Of a stretch of 64,000 bases of DNA, positions 37,065 to 47,560 are shown in pieces; positions within the stretch are counted from its first letter, which is position 1; every line of letters begins with the position of its first letter. Made by a program: the position numbers and the translations under genes. Origin of the DNA: an uncultured delta proteobacterium (GTDB lineage: Bacteria > Desulfobacterota > Binatia > Binatales > Binataceae); NCBI GenBank assembly GCA_963808235.1, contig CAWEEQ010000004.1, forward strand, positions 448,001 to 512,000, in the 5' to 3' direction. Under the pieces are notes generated by a model. That model saw only the letters and a program-made list of their open reading frames with translations, had not been told where the DNA came from and made no database searches.

Positions 37065-40000
37065 TTACGCGTTTAGTTGATCGAGCAGTGCCTTTGCGTC
37101 TTTGAGGTCGGCGGTTTCGAAGCCCTCTGTGAACCAGTTGTAGATATCGGCGAGCATCGCGCGAGCGTCATCGCGATTGCCCTGCGTGGCGAGCAGCCGT
37201 GCGAGGCTGGTAGTCGCGCGGAGTTCCCACGACTTCGCTTCCTGCTTCTTTGCAATATCGATCGCATTGCGGAAGCAATCTTCAGCGGTGCCTCGCTCTG
37301 TATTTCCCCGCATCAGCAGAAATTCTCCGCGGAGGCGATTCAACTCGGCTTCGTAGTAACGCTCCTCGGTCTGCGTGAACGGCAATACCTCGTCAACTGC
37401 ACTTAGAGCCTCATCGATTTGGCCTACCGCCGCGCATGCTTCTGCCAGCATCGCTCCGAACACCGAACGGTTTATGCCGAAGCGGGTCGCAGCCACCGTT
37501 GCCATCGCGTCGCGTATAATCGCTATCCCTTCGAGCTTCCCTTCCTTGGCCAGCAACCAGCCGCAAGCGACGTCTGCTCGGGCCAGCTGGATTTGTAAGT
37601 CTGCCGCCCAAGGGGCTTGCAACAGCGTTTGCGCGTTTTCTCGAACCTGCTCAAGATTGCCGCACCAGATGTCGATTTCGTTTGGCTGAAGCCCGAAGGC
37701 GTTCGCCACCGGATTGGAGCTCCGCTGACCCCTGATTTCGGCCTCGCGCATCTGCTTTAGCGCTTGGTCCGGGAAGCCAAGCAGCCAAAGCGTGCGACCG
37801 AGGTTCATCGGTAGGAGAACCTGAGGGATTTGCAGATCGGGAACGTCCGGAAGTGGATGGAACAGCTCGATCGATTCCTCAAGCATCTGCCTTGCTTGAG
37901 TCAGCTCCCCTAGCGTACCCAGGTTGATTGCTAAAGCGTACTGGAAAATCGCAAGCTGGATTGGATCATTGATCCTGCGGGCTATGTCCAGGGCCTCTCG
38001 TGCCACTACGACCGATTTGCGCGTAGCGCCCCTCGTCGCATGCACGAGTCTGATCCCGGACAATGCTCGTAGCAGGTCGGTACTCTCGCCGTCGCGAACG
38101 CAAAGCTCATAGGCTCGCGAAAAGGCCGCCTCGGCCTGATCGGAGGACGGGCCTTTCACAGTGATGGAGGCGGTGCCCAAAGTCAGCTGCATCTGCAATT
38201 CCTGCGCGTCGCGAGCGGGACTGTCGGGCAAAGTCTTGAGCAGTTCCAAGCCCGCCGTCAGATGCGCAAACGCTTCGGCGAAGGCCGACCGATTTAGTGC
38301 CTGTTCGCCGGCCAACCCCATGTATTGCACCGCCTTGGCGGCGTCGCCCGCACGCCCATAATGATGGGCCAGCTCGGTGTAGCGGTCTTCCAGCCGTTCG
38401 GCGTAGAGAGATTCGATCGCCGCGGCGGTGCGTCGATGCAGCTCCTTGCGGCGCTCGTTCAGCACCGAGCCAAACGCGACCTCCTGGGTCAGCGCGTGCT
38501 TGAAAGAGTACTCGATATCGCCCACAGCGGGCTGCTCATAGATGAACTCGCCGAGCTGCAAGTCATTGAGCATGCGGCTTAGTTCGTCGTCGGATTTCGG
38601 GACGACCGCACGAATCAACGAGAGCGAAAACTCCCTACCGATGACGGCCAGCGCTTGCAGCTCGTCCTTGGACTCCGCGGATAGCCGGTCGATGCGCGCG
38701 GCGAGAATCCCCTGCACGGTAGGAGGAATCTTAAGCTCGCCCAGCGGCCGGGTGAGCCGCATCATGGCGCCGTCGCGGACCAACGAACCCTCGTCGAGCA
38801 GGACCTGCACCGTCTCTTCCATAAAAAATGGGTTGCCCTCGGTGCGCTCGATGATCACGCGCTTGAGTTGCGCCATCCCCGCGCCGTCGCCGAGCAGCGC
38901 CGACAGCATCTCGTCGGCGCTCTCCTTGCCGAGCGGGTCGAGCCGAAGCTGCGTATAGATAGTCTTGCTGTTCCACTGATGAGAATATTCCGGGCGATAG
39001 TTCACCAGCAGCAGGATCTTCGCATTGGCGATCGAGTCGGCGAGCAGATTCAGCAGCGCCTGCGTCTCCTCGTCGATCCAATGCAGGTCCTCGAAGATCA
39101 CCATCAGCGGCTGATTGAGCGATTCGCGCAGCAGGATGCGCTTGATCGCATCGAGCGTGCGCCGCTTGCGGACCTGCGCGTCCATCTGCGCCAACGGATC
39201 GTCGCCCTCGACGATTCCGAGCAGCGCGAACAGATACGGCAGGGTGTCCTCCTGCGCGCGGTCGAGCATCAGCACCTTGCCGCCGATCTTCTCGCGCCGC
39301 GCACGGGCGTCGTCATCAATGGTGATTTTGAAATAGCCGTGCAGCAGGTCGAGCACCGGCAGGAACGCTGATGCCTTGCCATGCGAGACCGAAAATGTTT
39401 CGAGCACCATCCAGCCCGATTGATTTTTGACCTTGAACTCGTAAAACAGCCGCGACTTGCCGGTGCCCGCTTCCGCCATCGCGGCGACGATCTGTCCGCG
39501 ACTGGCCTGCGCGCGCTCGGCCGCGGTCTTCATCGCATCCATCTCGCGCTCGCGCCCGACGAACTTGGTAAGGCCGCGCCCTGCCGATCGCTGCAGCCGC
39601 GTGCGCAGCGGTCCGAGCCCCGTCACCTCGTACACGTTGACCGGTTCGCTGACCCCTTTCACCCTGGTCGGTCCCAGCGGCTTGAGCGCGAAGTAGCCCT
39701 CAACCAGCCTGCGCGTCTGCTCACTGACGGCGATCGATCCAGTCGGCGCGAGTGCCTGCATCCGCGAGGCGAGATTGGTCGTGTGACCGATCGGCGTGTA
39801 TTCGGTATGTCCTTCGCCGGTCGTGATCGAACGAATCACAACCTCGCCCGTGTTCACACCGACGCGTGCTTCAAGCGGCAGATTGCCTGCCTCGCGGAGC
39901 CGCGCCGAGTAGCGTTTCAGGTCCTCCTGCATGCGCAGTGCGGCGTAGAGCGCGCGTTGCGGATGGTCCTCGTGGGCGACCGGGGCGCCGAACAGCGCGA

Positions 40001-40412
40001 AGATGCCGTCGCCGGTGCTCTGCACGATGTACCCGTCGTAGCGGCGGACCGCATCGATCATCAGCTTCAGCGCAGGATCGATGATCGCGCGCGCCTCCTC
40101 GGGGTCGAGATCCTCCTCGAGTTCCGTCGCCCCCTTGATATCCGCGAACAGTGCGGTGACCGTCTTGCGCTCCCCTTCGAGCGCTTCCGGTGAACTACTG
40201 TCGGGCGCGACTCGCACTCCTGATTCTGGCGACGAGGTTGCGGCCGTGGTGCCCGCACTATTGGCGAGTGAAGTGCCGCACTTGCCGCAGAAGTCGGAGG
40301 TCGGCGGGTTTTCCGCCCTGCATTTTGCGCAATGTTTTGCGAGCGGAGTCCCGCACTTCGCGCAGAAGTTATTGGTTGCGGGATTATTCGTCCCGCATTT
40401 CGAGCAGTTCAC
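37065..40412 (-). CDS. Zinc-ribbon / class III nucleotidyl cyclase / AAA-STAND ATPase / TPR protein
   Basis: Four CxxC; LFADIKG, TGDGIFALFGAP, NLASRMQ; AEAGTGKSRL, IFEDLHWID; WELRATTSLARL...WFTEGFET. Confidence 0.92.
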   Translation of the reverse strand: MNCSKCGTNNPATNNFCAKCGTPLAKHCAKCRAENPPTSDFCGKCGTSLANSAGTTAATSSPESGVRVAPDSSSPEALEGERKTVTALFADIKGATELEEDLDPEEARAIIDPALKLMIDAVRRYDGYIVQSTGDGIFALFGAPVAHEDHPQRALYAALRMQEDLKRYSARLREAGNLPLEARVGVNTGEVVIRSITTGEGHTEYTPIGHTTNLASRMQALAPTGSIAVSEQTRRLVEGYFALKPLGPTRVKGVSEPVNVYEVTGLGPLRTRLQRSAGRGLTKFVGREREMDAMKTAAERAQASRGQIVAAMAEAGTGKSRLFYEFKVKNQSGWMVLETFSVSHGKASAFLPVLDLLHGYFKITIDDDARARREKIGGKVLMLDRAQEDTLPYLFALLGIVEGDDPLAQMDAQVRKRRTLDAIKRILLRESLNQPLMVIFEDLHWIDEETQALLNLLADSIANAKILLLVNYRPEYSHQWNSKTIYTQLRLDPLGKESADEMLSALLGDGAGMAQLKRVIIERTEGNPFFMEETVQVLLDEGSLVRDGAMMRLTRPLGELKIPPTVQGILAARIDRLSAESKDELQALAVIGREFSLSLIRAVVPKSDDELSRMLNDLQLGEFIYEQPAVGDIEYSFKHALTQEVAFGSVLNERRKELHRRTAAAIESLYAERLEDRYTELAHHYGRAGDAAKAVQYMGLAGEQALNRSAFAEAFAHLTAGLELLKTLPDSPARDAQELQMQLTLGTASITVKGPSSDQAEAAFSRAYELCVRDGESTDLLRALSGIRLVHATRGATRKSVVVAREALDIARRINDPIQLAIFQYALAINLGTLGELTQARQMLEESIELFHPLPDVPDLQIPQVLLPMNLGRTLWLLGFPDQALKQMREAEIRGQRSSNPVANAFGLQPNEIDIWCGNLEQVRENAQTLLQAPWAADLQIQLARADVACGWLLAKEGKLEGIAIIRDAMATVAATRFGINRSVFGAMLAEACAAVGQIDEALSAVDEVLPFTQTEERYYEAELNRLRGEFLLMRGNTERGTAEDCFRNAIDIAKKQEAKSWELRATTSLARLLATQGNRDDARAMLADIYNWFTEGFETADLKDAKALLDQLNA

Positions 40413-40428
40413 TTACGCTTCTCCGGAA

Positions 40429-41475
40429 TCAGAAGGCCGAGCGCTTTTGTACCATCCGATGTGGCGCTACAGGCCAGCAGGATCGCTTGCCGCGCTGGTG
40501 GATGCGGATCGGGGCGGGGGTCGTCACGAATGCGATCGAGCCGGTCAGGCCACTTACCACCATCACCGCAAACCACAGCAATCCAAGTGCGATTGCGTCG
40601 TCTCTGCCCATTCCCGCCATTCCGAACAGTACCAGGTACGCCGACTCGCGCAGCCCAAGTCCATTGAGTGTGAGCGGCAGGCTCGCGAACACATTCGCAA
40701 TCGGAACGCACAGGATAAAGAGCGTGAGCGGGGCGCCAAGGCCGAGCCCCGCCGCGACCAGATATTGCGCGACCGCGAGGGTTATCTGCAGCGCAACTGA
40801 AAGCGCAATCGGCGCCAGCAGCGCCGTTGGATGATGAAGATATGGTGCGACGATTCCTCCCGCGCGACGAATCGGACGGGGCATCAGATGGATCAGGCGC
40901 GCGAGCAGCGGCGACGCGAGATAAGCGCCGAGAGCCAGCGCGCCAACTAGAATCGTAGGCGTGACTACGGACGGCGGCAGCGGTGCATAGTTCAGGAAAA
41001 TCGCCGAGAACGCTGCAAGCCAGAACAATCCGAGCAGTCCGACCAAGCGATCCGCGACGACTGAGGCAATCGACTCTCCCATGCGATTGCGTGGCCTGCC
41101 CAAATAGATAGATCGCGCCGCATCGCCGGCCAGCAATCCGGGCACGAACAGGTTGGTGAACATCCCGAGGAAGGTGTATGCGACAAAATCGGAGAAGCTC
41201 GCGTGTACTTTCAGGATTGCGGCCAGTAGTTTCCATCGATACGAAGACATCACCTGGCCGGCGAGATACAGCGCGACCGCGGATGCGAAATACGGGGGAC
41301 GCTCGCGGGCGAAGATTCGAAACACGGGACGCGCATCGAAACGCCACAGCAGCATGGCCACGACCGCCACCCCAAGGCCCGCTCGGATCGCAAACGCGCG
41401 GTACGGATGGGCCGGCGGTTTTGACGCGGGCGCGGGCGACGGAGTCACGGGTTCAGTTAGTGGTGATTGGCTCAC
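40429..41475 (-). CDS. Lysylphosphatidylglycerol synthase TM / flippase-like membrane protein (start uncertain)
   Basis: YRWKLL, FTNLFVPGLLAGDAAR, SVVADRLVG, LPLTLNGLGLRE. Confidence 0.85.
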   Translation of the reverse strand: MSQSPLTEPVTPSPAPASKPPAHPYRAFAIRAGLGVAVVAMLLWRFDARPVFRIFARERPPYFASAVALYLAGQVMSSYRWKLLAAILKVHASFSDFVAYTFLGMFTNLFVPGLLAGDAARSIYLGRPRNRMGESIASVVADRLVGLLGLFWLAAFSAIFLNYAPLPPSVVTPTILVGALALGAYLASPLLARLIHLMPRPIRRAGGIVAPYLHHPTALLAPIALSVALQITLAVAQYLVAAGLGLGAPLTLFILCVPIANVFASLPLTLNGLGLRESAYLVLFGMAGMGRDDAIALGLLWFAVMVVSGLTGSIAFVTTPAPIRIHQRGKRSCWPVAPHRMVQKRSAF

Positions 41476-43249
41476 GGTTGGAGATCCGTTCACGGCGAAT
41501 GATCGCGCGCTTTTTCCCTTCGATTGCAATGATGTCGAATTCCTCCAGCCGCTCTTTCATCCGCGCCAGGTCGCCCGCATCGAGCACGATCACCGTGCGA
41601 CCCGGCCGTTCCCAGACGCGGAACATCTGTTCGTCGTTGTTCAGGAACCATTCTCGCGCGTCCGGATCGTGACCCGCACCGAAGTCGAGTTCGGTCCGGC
41701 CGCCGACCAGGATCACCCGGCGTCGGTTGTAAAACGGAAGCGACTGAACGTAGCGATGATAACAGATGATAGTCGCGTCGGGTGCCTTTTCGGCGATCGT
41801 GCGGCTCAAGTCGGCGTACGAGCGCATCGGCTCGGTCTCCAGCCGCGCCCATCCCCCGGCCATCAGCGCGAACGCGAGCGTGACGACGATTGCACCGAGT
41901 CCCAGCGCCTTACGCTGGATCATGAAAATCGATGTAGTGATTGCGCCGCCGGCCAGCAAAATCGCGGCAATCGCGTACATCGCAGGTCGCGCCGCCATAA
42001 CATAAGGAGTGCGGAACTGCGCCGCTGCGATCGCCGCGATCATCACGCCAGCACCCATCAGGGCGAGCATCGGTCCGCTCTCGATCAGAATGCGGGAATC
42101 CGGCGGGCGAAGCGCGGCGCGAGAGCTGGCGTCGGGCCATGCGCAGCACGCCAGTCCGTCCGCGATCAAAACGGCAAGCGGAGGAACCGCCGGCAGCACG
42201 TATGGGATCAACTTGGCGCTCGCGCATGAGAACGCGACGATCGTCACGGCGGCTGCTACGACGCAGAATCGTCGCGCGGGATTTCTCGACGCCGAACGCC
42301 AGGTCAGGAACGGCACCAGCATCGACCACGGCAGCAATCCGAGCGCGAGAACCGGGATGTAGAAATAAAAGGATTCGCTATGGCTGTAGTCCGCATCGAA
42401 GACGCGTCTCAAATGCTCGCCGACGAAATAGAAATCGAAAAACCCGGGCTCGCGGATAGTCATCAGGATAAACCACGGCGCCGCGAGAAGCGTCGTGAGC
42501 GCGAGGCCGGGGATCACGCGGAATCTCCGGATTGCGCCGCCAAGTTCGCGATTCCATCCGAGAAATATCACCATCGTAAGGATCGGAAGCGCCGCACCGA
42601 CCGGTCCCTTGGTCATCACCGCCAAGCCCATCGCTGCGTAGGCAATCCAGCACCATCGCGCACTCTCTTTCCAGGCCAGATAAAAGGAGAAGGTTGCGAT
42701 CGTCACCATCGCTGTCAGCAGCATGTCGGTCGTAATCACCTGTGCCATGACCGCATAGAGCGGAGTCGTCGCGAGGATTGCGCCGGCAAGAATCGCGTGG
42801 CGTCGTCCGTACGCGTGAAGCGCGAACCAGTAGGTCGCGAGAATCCCGCCGATCGCTGACAATGCGACCGGCAACCGCGCGGCAAATTCCGAGACTCCGA
42901 AGATCCAGAAAGAAAGCGTCGTCAGCCAATAAAGCAGCGGAGGCTTTTCCACGTAGGCGACATAATTGAGATGCGGCACGATCGCGCTGCCGCCATGCAG
43001 CATCTCGCGAGCGATCTCCGCGTAGCGCGCCTCGTCAGGCTCCCACAGTCCGTACGAGCCCAGATGAAAGAAAAATATAGCGCTCGCGAGCGCGACAATC
43101 GCGGCGACGTCGTACGCGATCGATGTCGTCGGCGCATGCCGCTGAGACTCGGCGTCGAGTGCGGGCGTGGCGTTAGCGCTACGGGCGGTCTCGGACACGA
43201 AAGTTAAGTCTAACGTGTCGAGGCGGGACCGCGAAATCGCACGGGACAA
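41453..43249 (-). CDS. ArnT-like glycosyltransferase family 39 (start may be 43198)
   Basis: LWEPDEARYAEIAREM, EKPPLLYW, FAARLP, MTKGPVG, KLIPYVLP. Confidence 0.9.
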   Translation of the reverse strand: MSRAISRSRLDTLDLTFVSETARSANATPALDAESQRHAPTTSIAYDVAAIVALASAIFFFHLGSYGLWEPDEARYAEIAREMLHGGSAIVPHLNYVAYVEKPPLLYWLTTLSFWIFGVSEFAARLPVALSAIGGILATYWFALHAYGRRHAILAGAILATTPLYAVMAQVITTDMLLTAMVTIATFSFYLAWKESARWCWIAYAAMGLAVMTKGPVGAALPILTMVIFLGWNRELGGAIRRFRVIPGLALTTLLAAPWFILMTIREPGFFDFYFVGEHLRRVFDADYSHSESFYFYIPVLALGLLPWSMLVPFLTWRSASRNPARRFCVVAAAVTIVAFSCASAKLIPYVLPAVPPLAVLIADGLACCAWPDASSRAALRPPDSRILIESGPMLALMGAGVMIAAIAAAQFRTPYVMAARPAMYAIAAILLAGGAITTSIFMIQRKALGLGAIVVTLAFALMAGGWARLETEPMRSYADLSRTIAEKAPDATIICYHRYVQSLPFYNRRRVILVGGRTELDFGAGHDPDAREWFLNNDEQMFRVWERPGRTVIVLDAGDLARMKERLEEFDIIAIEGKKRAIIRRERISNREPITTN

Positions 43250-43355
43250 AGCTTGGCGCCCTCTCCCGCACCGGCCTCGATGATGCTAGTGTCTGGCGTC
43301 ATCGAGCCGGAGGTTGCCGGCCGTTGAACTCCTATCATTCACTTCACGAGGTCGT

Positions 43356-43784
43356 ATGTCCTTCTATCGTCTAGTTGTACCAGCAATCCTCCTCGCCCTC
43401 GCGGCAGCGCCCCTGGCTGCCCGGGCTGCCGGCGAGTCCACCACGCCCAGCGGCCTGCGCATCATCGACGTCAAGCCGGGCACCGGACCCATGCCGCAGG
43501 CCGGCCAGACGGTGACGGTCAATTACACCGGCTGGCTGTTTGTCGACGGCAAGAAGGGCAAGAAATTCGACAGCTCACTGGACCGAAACGAGCCATTTTC
43601 CTTTACGATTGGCCAGGGCCAGGTCATCAAGGGTTGGGACGAAGGCGTCGCCACCATGCATGTCGGCGGCAAGCGCACGCTGATCATTCCGCCGGACCTG
43701 GGCTATGACGCGCGCGGCGCCGGCGGCGTTATCCCACCGGACGCCACGCTGATCTTCAACGTCGATCTGCTCGGCGTGAAGTAG
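43356..43784 (+). CDS. FKBP-type peptidyl-prolyl isomerase, exported
   Basis: [42 protein letters not shown]. Confidence 0.95.
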   Translation: MSFYRLVVPAILLALAAAPLAARAAGESTTPSGLRIIDVKPGTGPMPQAGQTVTVNYTGWLFVDGKKGKKFDSSLDRNEPFSFTIGQGQVIKGWDEGVATMHVGGKRTLIIPPDLGYDARGAGGVIPPDATLIFNVDLLGVK

Positions 43785-43809
43785 CCGGTCGGCGCATCGG
43801 GACAGAGCG

Positions 43810-45546
43810 CTAGTATCCGAGCGCGCCGCCGCCTTTGCGCGGATCGAACGCGCCACGGAAATTTCCCGGCGCTAGCGTGATCGCGTTCACCGCACCGAGC
43901 ATCGGCACGACTTTGAGCTTGTACCCCATTTGTTCCAGCGCGTTGCGCGTGGCCGGCGCAATCGTCTGCTCGACTATCACTACGTCAGGCTCGGCCTGTT
44001 CATGGATTCTGGGTTCGGCTACCGCGCTTGCCGGGTCGAGATGAAAGTCGAGAATATTCAGCGCGACTTGCAACACGCCGCTGACAATCGTCGGTCCGCC
44101 GGAACCGCCGGTCGCCATGAACGGGCGCCCCTTCTTGGTAACGATAATCGGCGCCATCGAGGACAGCGGCCGCTTGCCCGGCCTGATCTCATTGGCGAGT
44201 TCGCCTTGTAGGTGATACGCGTTCGGCACTCCCGGCGCGATTCCGAAATCATCCATCTCATCGTTCAGCAGAATGCCCAGTGCGGGCACGCTCACCTTCG
44301 CGCCGAACACGGTGTTGATCGTTGTCGTCAGCGCGACGACGTTGCCGTCCTTGTCTGCCACCAGCAGATTCGACGTGCCATGGTCGTGCGCCGGCGCCGG
44401 CGGCGTCGGTGCCGGCGAATGTTTGTGCAGCGCGCGCTCGCGCAGCTCGAGAATGTGCGAGTCGGACAGCATCTGCTGGATTTCGACGCCGACGAAAGCA
44501 GGGTCTGCATATTGTGCGCGATCGATAAATCCCTGGCGCATCACTTCAATCAGCCGCGCTAGATATGGAGGCGAGTTGATGCCGAGTCCCGCCAGACGCC
44601 CAGTTTCCAGCGCCCCCAGCATCTCGAGCACGACTCCGCCCGACGACGGCGGCGGCATCGTATAGATGTCATAACCTTCATAGTGGCGGCGAATCGGATT
44701 GCGCCAGGCCGGGCGATAGTTCGCGAAATCGTTTGCGCCGATCAATCCGCCATGCGCCGCCATGAATGCTGCGATCGCCGCTGCGACCGTGCCGTGGTAG
44801 AAACTCGCGACCGGATCGTCGCCGAGACCCTTCAACGTCGCGGCGAGATTCTTCTCGACGATCGTGTCGCCCGCTTTCGGCGCGGAGCCGTCGGGCTTCA
44901 GGAAGACTTCGCGCAATCCAGGGTCGTCCTTGAGCTTCGCGGCCATCTGCGCAATCTCGCCGGCCAGATGCGGACTTGCGCCAAAGCCATCGCCGGCGAG
45001 CTTGATCGCGGGTGCGGCGATTTGCTGAAACTTCATGGTGCCGAAGCGCCGCAGGGCGGCATCGATTCCGGCTATTTCGCCCGGCACCGCGACTGCGAGC
45101 ACGCCATTCTGCGCGAGCTCGGTGTTGGGCTTGCCACCCTGCATGAACATGTCGGGATGAGCCTTCAGCGGCGCGGTCTCGCGATAGTCGAGCGCGTAGA
45201 AGGCACGGTCCTTCGCGACGTAAATCAGCATGAAGCCGCCGCCGCCGATTCCGCACGAAGCCGGATTCGTCACCCCGACCGCGAGCGCAGTCGCGACCGC
45301 CGCATCGATCGCATTTCCTCCATGCTTCAGTATCTCGAGCCCCGCGCCGGCTGCGTCTTCGCTCTCTGAGACAACCATCCCATGCGTTCCGACTGCGGAC
45401 CGATCCGGCGCCACGTCAGCGGCAAAAGATTGCGGTTGGATCGAAAAGGAAATCGCGAGCGCAATCGGTATGACCGTCGCGCGAAGGCATTTGGCGGACA
45501 GGCGGCCGCGGAATTTTACAAACATCAGCGCTTTACTAACAGCCAT
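43810..45546 (-). CDS. ggt: Gamma-glutamyltransferase
   Basis: GGNAIDAAVA, GIGGGGF, DYRETAP, VAVPG, PPPSSGG, nucleophile Thr in HGTSN, LNDEMDDF, PGKRPLSSM. Confidence 0.94.
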   Translation of the reverse strand: MAVSKALMFVKFRGRLSAKCLRATVIPIALAISFSIQPQSFAADVAPDRSAVGTHGMVVSESEDAAGAGLEILKHGGNAIDAAVATALAVGVTNPASCGIGGGGFMLIYVAKDRAFYALDYRETAPLKAHPDMFMQGGKPNTELAQNGVLAVAVPGEIAGIDAALRRFGTMKFQQIAAPAIKLAGDGFGASPHLAGEIAQMAAKLKDDPGLREVFLKPDGSAPKAGDTIVEKNLAATLKGLGDDPVASFYHGTVAAAIAAFMAAHGGLIGANDFANYRPAWRNPIRRHYEGYDIYTMPPPSSGGVVLEMLGALETGRLAGLGINSPPYLARLIEVMRQGFIDRAQYADPAFVGVEIQQMLSDSHILELRERALHKHSPAPTPPAPAHDHGTSNLLVADKDGNVVALTTTINTVFGAKVSVPALGILLNDEMDDFGIAPGVPNAYHLQGELANEIRPGKRPLSSMAPIIVTKKGRPFMATGGSGGPTIVSGVLQVALNILDFHLDPASAVAEPRIHEQAEPDVVIVEQTIAPATRNALEQMGYKLKVVPMLGAVNAITLAPGNFRGAFDPRKGGGALGY

Positions 45547-45658
45547 CGCTGAGCGATGAAAGTGTTAGATTTCGCGATCTGGAAGTGCTTTGATCACGCC
45601 AAGCACGTTCGAAAGAGCCCTAGGGCTCGCCGTCATATTCCGAACCGGAGGAATGAAA

Positions 45659-46477
45659 ATGAACTTTGCCGAAATCATCTACGAGAAAAAAGATCGCGTG
45701 GCCACCGTCACGATGAACCGGCCCGAGAAGATGAACGCATGGACGCCGAAGATGGGCGCGGAGATGCGCACTGCCATGATGGATGCGGAGCGCGACCCTG
45801 ACATCGGCGCGATAATCCTGACCGGCGCGGGCCGCGCATATTGCGCGGGCGCAGACATGAGTGCGCTTTCGAATATCGCGTCGGGGCACGGGTCGGCTCG
45901 CGCTGCCGAAGAGCCGGATCCGTCGATGGCCCAACAGCGCGCCGACTACCGCACCTCCTACTCGTGGCCGCTGGGACTCAGCACGCCGGTAATCGGCGCG
46001 ATCAACGGCGCGTGTGTCGGACTTGGCTTCACGACTTGCCTTTACCAGGACATCCGGATCGCGTCGGAGAACGCGCGCATGGGATTGATCTTCACCCAGC
46101 GCGGGCTTGCGATCGAGCACGGGAGCAGCTGGATGCTGCCGCGAATCGTCGGGCTGGCGCGTGCGATGGAGTTGGCGGTCACCGGCAGGCTGGTCGATGC
46201 GAACGAGGCGCTCGAGATGGGCCTGGTAAGTCGCGTCGTGCCGCAAGACAAATTGATGGCTACCGCGCGCGAGATCGCATCGGGGATCGCCACCAAGTGT
46301 TCGCCGCTCGGCGTCGCGCAGGCCAAGAAGATGATCTATCAGCATCTGTTCACCGATCTCGCGACCGGTGTGCGCGACGACGACGCGTCGATGGAGATGA
46401 TGACGCACTCGGAAGATTTCAAGGAAGGCGTGAAAGCGTTTTTGGAAAAGCGCGCGCCGAAGTTTACCGGCAAGTAG
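45659..46477 (+). CDS. Enoyl-CoA hydratase/isomerase family protein
   Basis: NRPEKMNA, YCAGADM, INGACVGLG, EDFKEGVKAFLEKRAPKF; GGAGG RBS. Confidence 0.93.
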   Translation: MNFAEIIYEKKDRVATVTMNRPEKMNAWTPKMGAEMRTAMMDAERDPDIGAIILTGAGRAYCAGADMSALSNIASGHGSARAAEEPDPSMAQQRADYRTSYSWPLGLSTPVIGAINGACVGLGFTTCLYQDIRIASENARMGLIFTQRGLAIEHGSSWMLPRIVGLARAMELAVTGRLVDANEALEMGLVSRVVPQDKLMATAREIASGIATKCSPLGVAQAKKMIYQHLFTDLATGVRDDDASMEMMTHSEDFKEGVKAFLEKRAPKFTGK

Positions 46478-46545
46478 GGGTCGTGAAGTAACGCAGAACC
46501 CCCACCTAACCTCTCTCGTAAAGTAACGGGCGAGGGAGCAGAGAG

Positions 46546-47046
46546 CTACTTGTCGAGCGGGTGCTTGAATTTGCGATCGGGATGACGAATCGTCAGCACC
46601 GGGCAGGGCGCTTTCTGGACCACGCGCTCCGCCACACTGCCCATCAGGACGTGCGCCAACCCCGTGCGTCCATGAGTGCCGAGCACGATCAAGTCGGCGC
46701 CCTCGCTCTGCGCGGTGTGCAGGATCTCCAGGAACGGCGAGCCCACTTTGAGCAGACTCTTCACCTTGATGCCGCCGGTGCGCAGCTTGCCCGCGATCTT
46801 GTCGAGTTCCTTCTGCGCGAGCAGGCGCTGCTCCTCGGCGATTCGGCCCATCGCGCCCACGTCCATCGCCGGCCCGAGCTCCGGCGTCATCATGACCGGC
46901 GCGAGCGGCTGATCGACGTGCAGGAGTACGATCTCGGCGGAGAACTTGGTCGCCAATTCCTGCGCGAAGCTGAGCGCGAGATTTGAGTCCTCGGAAAAAT
47001 CCGTAGCAGCGACGATTTTTGAAAAGGTTGGCACAGTCGGAACCAT
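46546..47046 (-). CDS. Universal stress protein
   Basis: KIVAATDFS, DLIVLGTHGRTG, MGSVAERVVQKAPCPVL. Confidence 0.94.
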   Translation of the reverse strand: MVPTVPTFSKIVAATDFSEDSNLALSFAQELATKFSAEIVLLHVDQPLAPVMMTPELGPAMDVGAMGRIAEEQRLLAQKELDKIAGKLRTGGIKVKSLLKVGSPFLEILHTAQSEGADLIVLGTHGRTGLAHVLMGSVAERVVQKAPCPVLTIRHPDRKFKHPLDK

Positions 47047-47158
47047 ACGACGCAAGCGTTGCGGTGGCAAGCGAAACAAACTGATGCGCGCGCGCGAGTC
47101 CTCGACCGCGCCACTATCGTGCGTTACATTTTCTTGAGGATCGTGGGAAACTGAGCAT

Positions 47159-47536
47159 ATGGCCACTCGCCGCGGATTTGGAATTGACGACTTCGAACGC
47201 GCCTTCGACGAGTTCTTCGACGAACTTCTGATCGATCGATGGAAGTGCGGAACCGAGTCCGGTCGTTTCGAGCGCGCCCAGGTGACCGATCATCCCGATC
47301 GGTACGAAGTTCACGTCGCCGCGCTGGGCGTCGATCCGGCAAAAATTCAGGTCGAAGTCTCAGGCCAGCGAGTCGCGTTACGGATGCCCGAGAACCTCGG
47401 CGGGATCCTGCAGAGATCGTTTTCTTTCTCCGACGCGATCGACGGTGAAGCTTCGACCGCGCGATGGTCCGAAGGCACGCTCATCGTCACGTTGCCCAAA
47501 AAGAAAGCGCGACGAATCTCGCTCAAGGACGTTTGA
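47159..47536 (+). CDS. Small heat shock protein (Hsp20/alpha-crystallin), divergent
   Basis: FDEFFDE N-terminus, GVDPAKIQVEV, QRSFSF, ARWSEGTLIVTLPK, RRISL. Confidence 0.78.
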   Translation: MATRRGFGIDDFERAFDEFFDELLIDRWKCGTESGRFERAQVTDHPDRYEVHVAALGVDPAKIQVEVSGQRVALRMPENLGGILQRSFSFSDAIDGEASTARWSEGTLIVTLPKKKARRISLKDV

Positions 47537-47560
47537 GCCGCTCCCGACACAACTACTTAT

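Noticed and set aside
43215-43245. Third ECF42 promoter upstream of the FKBP gene (TGTCGA present)
   Set aside because: No CG(A/T)C at 17-nt spacing
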